A stretch of 64,000 nucleotides of DNA from Scyliorhinus canicula (Eukaryota): assembly GCF_902713615.1 (NCBI RefSeq), contig NC_052154.1, positions 159,380,754 through 159,444,753 on the forward strand, read 5' to 3'. Both the position numbers and the translations under genes were made by a program. Below, one piece after another: positions 37,801-49,800 of this stretch; the first letter of the stretch is position 1, and every line of letters begins with the position of its first letter. The notes beneath the pieces were generated by a model, which was not told the DNA's origin, did not search any database, and saw only the letters and a list, made by a program, of their open reading frames with translations.

Positions 37801-40800
37801 AGTCCAGGTTCCTTTCTCTAACTCCCTGGTGGGTGCACAAACACACGAGAACTATTATGGGGAAAACATGCAATAAGCAGCCAAATAAAACAAGGTCCGC
37901 ACAAATACACGTAGTCACCGCAAAATTGAAACATTTCACCAGTATATACATTACCTCCTTTAATTTTGTACCAATAGCATAGTCCAAAAATAAACAATAT
38001 TACACATGCCAGCAATGTAGCAATTACGCTTGCAGCAACTGCTCCATGTGTTGAGGGTTTCTCAAGCTCTGAAAGTTGAAACATAAATACAGAAGCATTT
38101 AGACTAAAATTGTAATAATAAACAGTGACTTGCACCAAATGTGTTCAGGGATTTCTCGGTTATATTTTTTAAAATTATAATTTACTTAAGTCTTTAAGTA
38201 AGTCTTTAAGGAATTTGAAATTACAAACCTGTGCAGTTAATGATCTTTCTAAACAATAGCTTAAAAACTGGATGTGATGAATTTCGGCTCTGTTATTCAT
38301 GTTTGGGCAAAGGCTGTAATGCAAGCAGGAGCTGAATGCCCCTGTAGAACCCAAGTTGAGTGTCAGTGAGCAGATTCTAGAAACAGAATCATAGAAAATA
38401 GGTGCAGGAGTGGGCCTTTCGCCCTTTTGAGCCTGCACCACCATTCAATATGATCATGGCTAATCATGCAAATTCAATATCCTACTCCCACTTTCTCTCC
38501 ATACCCCTTGATCCCTTTAGCTGCAAGGGCTACGTCCAGTTCCCTCTTGAATATATCCAACAAACTGGCCCCAAAAGCTTTCTGTGGTACAGAATTCCAC
38601 AAGTTCACAACTCTCCTGAGAAAAGAAGTTCTTCCTCGTCTTAGGCTGTGACTCGTAGTACTGGACGTCCCCAACACCGGGAATATTCTTCTCACATCTA
38701 GCCTGTCCAGTCCCATCAGGATTTTACATGCTTCTACAAGATCCCCTCTCATTCTTCCAAACACAGCGAGTACAAGCCAGGTCGATCCAGTCTTTCTTCA
38801 TTTGTCAGTCCTGCCATCCCGCAAATTATTCTGGTGAACGTTCGCTGGACACCTTCAATAGCAAGAATATACTTCCTCAAACTAGGAGACCAAAACTGCA
38901 CACAATACTGAAGATGTGGCCTCACCAATGCCCTGTATAACTGTAGCAAGTCATCCCTACTCCTAAACTCAAATCCTCTCGCTCTGAAGGCCAGCATGCC
39001 ATTAGCTTTCCTCACCGCCTGCTGTACCTGCATGCCAACCTTCAGCGACTGGTCCACCGTGACACCCAGGTCTTGCTGCACTTCCCCAGGGGGCTGGTTT
39101 AGAACTGGGCTAAATCGCTGGCTTTTAAAGCAGACTAAGGCAGGCCAGCAGCACGGTTCAATTCCCGTACCAGCCTCCCCGAACAGGCGGCAGAATGTGG
39201 CGGCTAGGGGCTTTTCACAGTAACTTCATTTGTAGCCTACTTGTGACAATAAGCGATTTTCATTCATTTCATTTCCTAAACTGCCAGCATTCAGGAAATA
39301 ATCTCCATTCTTGTTTTTGCCACCAAAGTGGATAACCTCACATTTACCCACATTATATTGCATTTGCCAAGTATTTGCCCACTCAGCCAGCCTGTCCAAG
39401 TCACCCTGCAGCCATTTTGCATCCTCCTCACAGCACACACTGCCACCCAGTTTAGTGTTGTGCAAATTTGGAAATATTGCATGCAATTCCTTCATCTGAT
39501 TCATTGATGTATATTGTGAACAGCTGGGGTCCCACTACTCTGCAGGACCCCACTAGTTACTGCCTGCCATTCTGAAAAAGACCTGTTTATTCCCACCCTC
39601 TGCTTCCTGTCTGCTAACCAGTTCTCTATCCCAGTCAATACATTTTCCCCATTACCATGAGCTTTAATTTTGCTCACTAATCTCTTGTGTGGGACCTTGT
39701 CAAAAGCCTTTTAAAAGTCCGGATACACAACATCCACTGGTTCACTTTTGTTCACTGTTGTTGAAAATACAGAAAAATGTGTCATTTGAAACATGGACGT
39801 CTGGCAATATCTGGTCTGAGAGAAACATGAGAGGATACAGGGAAAAATCCCATGAAGGTTTAATAGCAGCTGCAAAGGGCAGGATTATAAAATGCAGATT
39901 CTTTCTCTCAAGCAGGCTTAGCAAACACACAGGATTCATGTATTAAGCTAAAACAATGGCTCACACCTTCATTGAATGTAACTATCTTAGAAAGCAGACC
40001 ACACAGCATCAACCCAGGCACTGGAAACGACAATAGTATCCTCAGCCCTGTCAACCCTGAAAAATTCTTCTTACTAACATTTGTGGGCTTGTCCCAAAAG
40101 GAGGAAATCCAGCTCATAGACTAGTCAAGCAACTGCCTGCCTCAACTAAGCCTCTGGGATTGCAGAAATAAGGGAACAATAGTCAAAGAGCAACTTTGAC
40201 AGACCGTTTGGTGGGGTTACGGGGATAGGGTGGAGGCGTGGGGTGCGCTTTCCAAGGGTGGGTGCAAAGTCGATGGGCCGAATGGCCTCCTTCTGCACTT
40301 AAATTCTATGATTCTATGAACTAGACTGTCATAATCAACTGATAACAGTCAAGGACCCACAGATGGGTGTCTGTATTATTTAATGATTGGATAGCTTAGA
40401 ATAACCTAATTTTGTATAGTGATTGGCTATTATAACCGCGTAAACATGGAGAGTTTGTAATTAGTTTAAGAATACTCACGTGATATTAATCAAGTAATCA
40501 GAATTATAGCTGTAATTGGATATTGATTACCTTAGAACAAATGTTTACTTTTTATTGTTATATACAAATTATTTGCAAGTGTGGAGGCTGCTATAGATCT
40601 TGAACTAGAACTCAGCATTGTCTGGTCAGTCAGAGGAGTGAAATACACTGTAGTTGAATAGCTGTGAAACTCCTCTAACATTTCCCTAAGAGGGGAATTA
40701 TTGAATCAGATGGGTTTTTACAACAATCAACAATGCCAACCCAGCTAACATTTACTTTTAATGTTGTTTTTGTCATCATTAAGTTGTTGGGGGACATTTT

Positions 40801-43800
40801 CTGATACTGGATAATGGTATAAATTCTAGTTGGCTCTGTACTACATTTTTGCTCCATTATTACTTTTGAATAGTTCTGCTGAAACAAAAGGTACTCATTG
40901 GCTTAGATGCGTGTAGAAGAGGCAATTTATAAGAATAGATAGTGTAGACACAATGGCCGCGATTCTCCGCAAATGCGGTGAGTCGTAAAGACTGCCGTGA
41001 AACTGGCCGTGTTTCACGGCAGCCTCCGCGCCCCCTCCCGGGACCCGATTCTCTCCCCCGGGCGGGGCTAGCAGCGGGGCCCCGTGAAGCACGGCATCGC
41101 GGGCTTAGCGACCGTCGCTAAGTCCGCGCGCCAAGCGTCACGCCGGCTGACGCGTACGATGACGTCAGCCGCGCATGCACGGATTGGATGGCTCCAACCC
41201 GTGCATGCGCGGGGCCGTCATCTCCCTCGGCCGCCCCGCGGACTGATCCTGCGGGGCGGCGGAGGGAGAAAGAGTGCGTCCGTTACGGACGCACTGCCCG
41301 CGATCGGTGGGCACCGATCGCGGGCCCATGCCCCCCTTGGCACGGCCGTGGTACTGCCGTGCCAATCGGGGCCCTGGATGCCCAGAACGGGCATGTTGCG
41401 GCCGTTTTTACGACGGCAGCAAGCAGGTGTGTTTGCGGCCGTAAAGGCCTGGGAACTCGGCCCATCGGCCTGGGGAGAATCGCTATTCGCCATAAAAAAC
41501 GCGAGCAGCGATTCGTGTCGTGGGGCGGCCGTGTTGGGGGGGGGGGGGAGAATAGCGGGAGGGCGTGAAAAATGTCGGGGACGCCCTCCCGCTATTCTCC
41601 GACCCGTCGTGGGCAGCGGAGAATCGCGCCCAATGCTTGTTAATATTAGAAAGGACACAAAATGGTTGTTAGCTAAGATAGCAATACTAAAAACACAAAT
41701 TGGCTGAACTAGCCAGATTCCTGAACAATAAGTTAAAAACTGTGTAAACGACCTCATGAGAATCAGGCATGGTTATGTGTAGGGAGTATTTCAACAACCA
41801 CTGATAATAGCTTCACAGAACAAGGAGCACAATGTATCCTTAATAGCTCAAGGTCCCCAGCTGCAGACAGGACATATCCTTATGTTAGTCTTGAGTGACT
41901 TTTGCATGAGGTTAGGAGCTGGTGAGGCAACACTCACTTTAACCATATATGCTTTTAACTGGGATGCTAAGAAAATTGATTGACTGCATGTAATGAATTG
42001 TGACGCGAATATAGTTGATTGATTGTATGTAAATGAGAATACAACTAATTCCGCCCCTTGAACCTGTATATTAACCCAATGCGAACCTCAGCTCAAGTGA
42101 GAAAGAGTATTGCAAGGTTGCAGAGCATCCAAATCTTTCTCCCAGATCTGATATAATAAACTGCTTCTTTACTCACTCAAAAAGTGAGAGGCCAAGGCTG
42201 CAGGGAGGCCAGAGATGCAGGAGTGGGAACACAGGTCAGGGAGTCTGTGATGGAGACTCAGCCAAGACAGTGTGCGCCACTCAGAGCCTTGGACTGCAGT
42301 TAGTCAGAACACTGCTCCGGATTGGGGATGTGATGAAGATTAGACAGAATGGGAATAGAGGCAGGGACTGGGAAAGGAGAGAGTGAGAGAGAGAAAACCA
42401 GAATGGGAAAGGAGGGGGATAGAGACAGTGTGCAAAAGGAAAGCAAGAAGTTGAGTTAAGTTTCTGTGGGTGAGACACAAAAGTGGTGTTGCTCAGGGTT
42501 TATTTGGGTGATCTAGTGTTATCTAATTTGAATTTATACTCAGCTGTTTTATTTTATTTTTGAAGTTATTCCAGCTAGGATTGCACAATGCTGCACACGT
42601 GTGGTACAGATTTTACAATATTTCCTCCGAACATTTCTTGCCCAGAAAAATCAAACTCCAGCTTTGACATCGTAAGAATCATGAATCGAGGTGGTTTCAC
42701 TTAAAGCCACAATTTTCAGGAATACAACCATAACTTTAAGAAATGTTTTAATGTGCATTTATTGTTCTCTTAATTTTCAGTATTCTCAAATTGATTCAGT
42801 CGCTATACCTGGGTACAAGCAGACTATTTTAAGATAACCCAATTTAAATACTGTTGACAGCAGTTTAATAAAAATCTTAAAACTACCTCTAAAAGCAGAG
42901 CACAAACATGCGGTACTATTAAACAGCTTTAAAACACATTTATCATTGTCTCCCATTTTGAAATTTTTAAATGTTGGACGCAATTCTCCCAAAGAAGTTG
43001 TAAGTGTGGTTGGTCCCCAGCGGGAAATGCAGTGTGATTCCCACCTGGTGAGTTGGTTCCACCGGCATTGAAAGGGACAGGGCCAAAACAAGCCGGCAAG
43101 CCTGGCTTCACAGAGATGGGGGCGGACCCCAAACACATCCCGACCACCCAGGAGCTACAATGGCCTCAGAGCCCACCGGAGTAAGTTCCACTCTGGGCTG
43201 GGAGCATCGGGAACTGATAGGCAGCCAGCTTGAATCCCGTTTCAGGCCTCTCCCGGAATTTTCCTGACATAGTGGGACTTGCACTGACACATGGCGGCCA
43301 GAGAATCACCCCCATTATGTCAATTAAGTTAATTTGAAAAATTATTGGATACAATAGTCATTTAATAGTGGAACAATAAAGGATCAATTCTTCATTTAAA
43401 TCGGGTGCAAATCAAACTGGAAACTCAATGGTAAAAAATGTTTGTAAGCTTTAACAAAAACACTGAAAAATATTTTTCAAAGAAGGGAACTTGCCTGTCA
43501 CTATGAGTTTACTTTCCTGAGAAAGGCCATCAGGAAGAACTGACCGATGTGTCACAACACATCTGTACACATCTCCATCATCATCCAATGTTGGTTTAAT
43601 TGTTACTCTGCTGGAAATACTAAAGGTTCTATCTGTATTGGTAATGAAGGCACCAGTGCAGATATCATGTTTTAATTCCTGAGGTTCCTTAGGTCCCTTG
43701 TTTGGAATTTTTTGCCAGCTGAGTTGAAGGTCCTGAGGATAAAATTCTGTAACGTTACAACTCACAGACCCCTCAGATCCAATCAAAATGTCGATTTCAC

Positions 43801-46800
43801 TTGGGGACAAACGGACCGTTGGTCGAGCTGCAAGAAAGATAAATGTAACAATAGGTCAGAGAGGCAAAAGACATTACCAAATAAAGATCTAAAAGGCAGG
43901 TCTAAATTAATCCACACAAACATGTACCAAAAACAACACTTTCCTTCCTTCAGCAATTTCATTCATTTAATCATTTACTAATTTTATAAGATGGTGCACA
44001 ATAGGGGCAGCACAATGGTTTAGTAATTAGCACTGCTGCATCACAGCACCATGGGACCCGGGTTCAATTCCGGCCTTGGGTCACTGTCTGTCTGGAGTTT
44101 GCACGTTCTCCCAGTGTCTGCGTGGGTTTCCTCCGGATACTCCGGTTTCCTCCCACAATCCAAAGATGTGCGGGTTAGGTGGATTGGCCATGCTAAATTG
44201 CCCCTTAGTGCAGGTTAGGTTATGGGGTTACGAGAATAGGTGGGAGTGGGCTTGGATAGAGTGCTCTTTCAAAGGGTTGGTGTAGGCTTGATGGGCCGAA
44301 TGACCTTCTTCTGCACAATCAGGATTCTATTATGTTCTTCTATGAATTATATCTAGAGTAAATTAAGAAAACTACTGTAATACCTCAAATTCAGACGGAA
44401 ACAATTCAGATTCCTAGAACAAGGATAGGGGGAATGGAAGAAGAGATACGTATAAAGCAGAGGAGGAAGGAGGAAGAGGAGGGAGAGGAGGACAACCTCT
44501 TTACCGAACCCCCAAAGGCTGAAAAGGAAGTGGAAAAGAAACATACATTTATCTGTACATCACATTTATCTGTAGATCATCTTTAACAACCAAAGCACAT
44601 CCCCAAAGCTTTTTACAACCAATGAAGTACGTTTGAAGTGTAACTGTTGTAAAGATAGGAATCACAGGACAGCCAATTTGCACACTGCAAACTCCCACAA
44701 ACAATGTGATAATAACCAGAAGATCTGTTTTTGTGATGTTGACTGAAGTATAAATATTGGCCAGGACACCAAAAGTAGCTTTCCTAATCTACTATCCAGT
44801 CTTTTACATCCACCCGAGAGATAGACAGGGCCTTGGACAGATAGACAGGGCCTTTGTTTAATGACTCATTGAGGGACCACACTCTAACATGCAGAATTCC
44901 TTGGTGATGCACAGCACAGTATCAGCTTTTAATTGTTTGATTCAAGTTCTGGAGCAGGACTTGACACCACAAGCTTCTGACAGAAAGACAGAAGTGCTAC
45001 CAAATAAGTCAGAGCTAACAAAGAAGTTGCTTTGGATGAAAACACCAAAATAAAGGACTTGGGTTACTGAAAGAATGGTGAAACAGGGAAGCCACAGTCA
45101 GAAGAATGGTGTATTCTGGATCACATCCTTCTCGGGTAGAAAGTTCCAAAAATCCTCAATCTTTTTAATGAAGAAATCTCTCCTCATCTGAGTCCTAAAT
45201 GATTGCCCCAGTTTCCTGAGACTGTGTCTCCCCCCCCCATGCTCAAGATTCCACATGCCCCTCACACCCTGTCAAACCCCTTCATGAAATCTTGAATGCT
45301 TCAATATGATCACCTCTTTGAGTTCTTGTATTTCCAGAGGATACAGACCTAATTTTTTTCAGCATCTCATCATAGGCAACCCTCTCATGACAGGGAACAA
45401 TCTAGTGAATCCCTGCTCTTCCACCTCCAACGCAATTATATCCTTCCTCAAGTACGGAGACCAAAACTGTTCACAGTATTCCACAGTACAACTCTGAGAA
45501 GACTTCTTAACTCTTCTACTTTAATCCCCATGCAATAAAAGGCCAACGTGCCATTTGCTTTCCTAATGGTTTACAGTTTTGTATTACTTGTACAAGTACA
45601 CTCTCTGAACATCAACATTTACAAGTTTCATGCCTTCTAAAAAGCATGCATTCCAACTTAGCTCTATAAAATCCAGCAAACATTAGTCACAACTTCTTTG
45701 TCTAAGCCATTAAGATTTTAAATAGCTATGGCCCCAACACTGATCCTTGCTGTTTCGAAGTTGAAGTTTTCTACATTCTGGACAAACAGAAGTAGACAAC
45801 ATTGTTGCAGAAATCAGCCTATGGACACAGATTTTTCAGGGCTATGGAAACAATACACAGAATGAGTAAGTGATGGCAAAGAAAGCCCTCAGATTTGTAC
45901 CAGTGTATCTACCATATTAATATCAATTCTTTGTGCTACGTTTAAAAAAAAAATTATGTATACACACACACACTCTCTCTCCTAGGATAAGGAGCAGAAT
46001 GATTCTAACAGTACAAGATGCATTAATATCCAGGTCTCAAAGGTGAAAAGGCTGTGTAACAACCCAAGGACCCATTGATTCCAATTGAAATCTGCTTATT
46101 TTACAGCTCTAGCTTAACATTTCCCCAACACAACAACTGGTAGCATTTTACTGAGTCTTACCTGACACTTGCAAAATTGAACTCTTTTCTACCTTTTCAG
46201 GTGTGACAAATACAATACAAGTGTATTTCCCTTCTTCGTCCAACTGTATATTCGTAAGGTGAAGTGAAGCATCTCCTTCCTGTAATTTATTTTGAGACAT
46301 TTTTGCTCCTTGCCTTTTTGGAGTAAATATTCCTCCATTAAAGATAAAGATCTCTTGATTTTGGGGCCCAGTCCACTGAACACCTACGTTTGAAAGGTCG
46401 AGGGTTTGTGAGCCCGTAATTTTACATTCCAGGAAAACATCATCCTCCACCAAGACTTTCTTTGGGCTTGCAAATATTGTCACGTCCAAAGTTTCTAAAT
46501 AGACAGAACATTAAACGTTATAGTTATTCAATTGTCAAAACTAGAAATAAAAGAAATTCAAAATATACACTTTAAAGTGGCACAGTAGCACTTCAGATAC
46601 TCCTCTCCAAAGCACTGCCATGGAACGACTACTTGCAAGTTGTATAGAAACATAGAAAATAGGAGCAGGAGGCAGCCATTCTGCCCTGTGGGCCTGCTCC
46701 ACCATTCATTATGATCATGACTGAACATCCAACTCAGTAACCTGTTCCCACTTTCCCCCCATATCCTTCAATTCCTTTAGCCCCAAGAGTTATATCTAAC

Positions 46801-49800
46801 TCCTCTTGAAAACACACACATTCACAGGAAAAATTTCAAAGTCTGGTATTGGGCACCTTTGGCAGGGTGTTTCGCGATGGCTACAATGCCGAGATTGAGA
46901 CCGCTAATCAAAGGCACTTTATCGGGCCTCGGGGAGTTTCTTCCCATTGGGGACACATTTTGAAATTTAGACGGCACTCAGCTCACCAGCAGGACCGGCT
47001 CCTCATAGATCGGGTACCATTTTGAAAGATTGCCCTGGTCTTTACACCCACCTCCCACTTTCAGGAACCCCCACTGCCAGGGTGCCCGGATACGACCCTG
47101 CCATACACAGGCTCTAATGGCCTCTGGCCCGCCGCCCCACCCCCCTCCCCGAGGTTCCATCATGCCTCGTCCACGCTTGTGGAAACTAGTGCTAACTGGA
47201 ACCCGGTTGAGGTCTCGCAGGTATGGCAGTTGACTCTTGGGCACCGGTGGATGCAGCATCAGGATATTTAAATGAGCCCAATGAATCATTTAAATATTAT
47301 CTGGATCATGCCCCCAATGAGGGTGTGATCCAAATCGTGCTGGGCATAGCGGGTTCGTTGACTCGCAATTGGACCGACACCCAACAATAAGCCCAATTTG
47401 GGGTTCTCCCAGGCTCGTCAGGCTCTACGTCAGGCACAACACGGTGGCTGAATCGCATCCACAATGTTTAGCCTCAACTCCTTTCTGTGGTAGAGGATTC
47501 CACAGGTTCACCACTCTCTGGGTTAAGAAATTTCTCGTCATCTGAGTTCTAAATGATTTACCCCCATCCTCAGACTATGACCTGATTCTGGACTCCTCAA
47601 CCATTGAGCATATCCTACTTGCATCTATCCTGTCTAGTCCTCATAGAAGTTTATCGGATTCTATGAGATCAAGGTAGCACTTTTCCAGGAGATACATCCG
47701 GAGTGAGACTCATCCAGAGTGGGGATTGAAACTTGGTAATTTGGTGCAGTGAGGTAATTCGGTGCAGAGTGTGAGGAGGTGCTTTTTAACCCTGGTAAGT
47801 GACTGGTAAGTAGTCTCTCTTTTTCTTGTTGCACATAGGCACCAACGATATAGGTAAAAAACGGGATGAGGTCCTACAAGCGGAATTCAGGGAGTTAGGA
47901 GTTAAACTAAAAAGTAGGACCTCAAAGGTAGTAATCTCAGGATTGCTACCAGTGCCACGAGCTAGTCAGAGTAGGAATGTCAGGATAGATAGGATGAATG
48001 CGTGGCTCGAGAGATGGTGCAAGAGGGAGGGATTCAAATTCCTGGGGCATTGGGACCGGTTCTGGGGGAGGTGGGACCAGTACAAACTGGACGGTCTGCA
48101 CCTCTGCAGGACTGGAACCGATGTCCTAAGGGGGGTGTTTTCTAGAGCTGTTGGGGAGGGTTTAAACTAATGTGGCAGGGGGATGGGAACCGATGCAGGA
48201 AGTTGGAAGGTAGTAAAACAGGGACAGAAGCAAAAGGAAGTAAGGGGAAAAGTGCAAGGCAGAGAAGACATAGTCAAAAATCTAAAAGGGCGACAGTACA
48301 AGGTACCGTGACTGAGGGGAGCTCAGTGAATAGGCCCAGTAATAACAAAAGGAATAAAACTGGAGATGTTAAGATTCAAAACAGAGGTAAAAAAACCAAC
48401 ATAAATGTACTTTACCTGAATGCTCGTAGTATTCGGAATAAAGTAAATGAGTTGATGGCACAAATCATCGTAAATGACTATGATTTAGTGGCCATTACTG
48501 AAACATGGTTAAAGGATGGTCACGACTGGGAGTTAAATATCCGAGGGTATCAAACCATTCGGAAGGACCGAGTGGATGGTAAGGGAGGTGATGTTGCTCT
48601 GTTATTTAAGGATGACATCCGGGCAATAGTAAGGGATGACATCGGTGCTATGGAGGATAAGGTTGAATCCATTTGGGTGGAAATCAGGAACAGTAAGGCG
48701 AAAAAGTCACTGATAGGAGTAGTCTATCGGCCACCAACTAGTAACGATATGGTGGGGCAGGCAATAAACAAAGAAATAACTGATGCATGTAGAAATGGTA
48801 CAGCAGTTATCATGGGGGATTTTAATCTACATGTCGATTGGTTTAACCAGGTCGGTCAAGGCAACCTTGAGGAGGAGTTTATAGAATGTATCCGCGATAG
48901 TTTCCTAGAACAGTATGTAATGGAACCTACGAGGGAACAAGCGGTCCTAGATCTTGGCCTGTGTAATGAGACAGGATTGATTCATGATCTCATAGTTAGG
49001 GATCCTCTCGGAAGGAGCGATCACAATATGGTGGAATTTAAAATACAGATGGAGGGTGAGAAAGTAAAATCAAATACTAGTGTTTTGTGTTTAAACAAAG
49101 GAGATTACAAGGGGATGAGAGAAGAACTAGCTAAGGTAGACTGGGAGCTAAGACTTTATGGTGGAACAGTTGAGGAACAGTGGAGAACCTTCCAAGCGAT
49201 TTTTTACAGTGCTCAGCAAAGGTTTATACCAACAAAAAGGAAGGACGGAAGAAAGAGGGAAAATCGACCATGGATATCTAAGGAAATAAGGGAGAGTATC
49301 AAATTGAAGGAAAAAGCATATAAAGTGGCAAAGATTGCTGGGAGATTAGAGGACTGGGAAATCTTTAGGGGGCAACAGAAAGCTACTAAAAAAACTATAA
49401 AGAAGAGTAAGATAGAGTATGAGAGTAAACTTGCTCAGAATATAAAAACAGACAGTAAAAGTTTTTACAAATATATAAGACAAAAAAGAGTTGCTAAGGT
49501 AAATATTGGTCCTTTAGAGGATGAGAAGGGAGTTTTAATAATGGGAAATGAGGAAATGGCTGAGGAACTGAACAGGTTTTTTGGGTTGGTCTTCACAGTG
49601 GAAGACACAAATAACATGCCAGCGACTGATAGAAATGAGGCTATGACAGGTGAGGACCTTGAGAGGATTGTTATCACTAAGGGGGGAGTGATGGGCAAGC
49701 TAATGGGGCTAAAGGTAGACAAGTCTCCTGGCCCTGATGGAATGCATCCCAGAGTGCCAAAAGAGATGGCATGGGAAATTGCAGATGCACTAGTGATAAT

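Noticed and set aside
41084-41757. Overlapping 126-207 aa ORFs on both strands
   Set aside because: By-product of stop-poor GC-rich sequence in the inverted-repeat element; no transposase motifs.
44353-44544. Hydrophobic minus-strand ORF that could be an alternative TM exon
   Set aside because: It derives from a purine-rich low-complexity tract, lies between the V and C1 exons, and lacks a convincing phase-1 splice pair.
43495-46494. Rearranging antigen-receptor locus (IgW, IgNAR, TCR) suggested by V plus many C1 exons
   Set aside because: The V exon includes its own G strand and ends in a splice donor. There is no heptamer/nonamer RSS, no J segments and no FGxG/WGxG motif, and the TM exon lies after the first C1.
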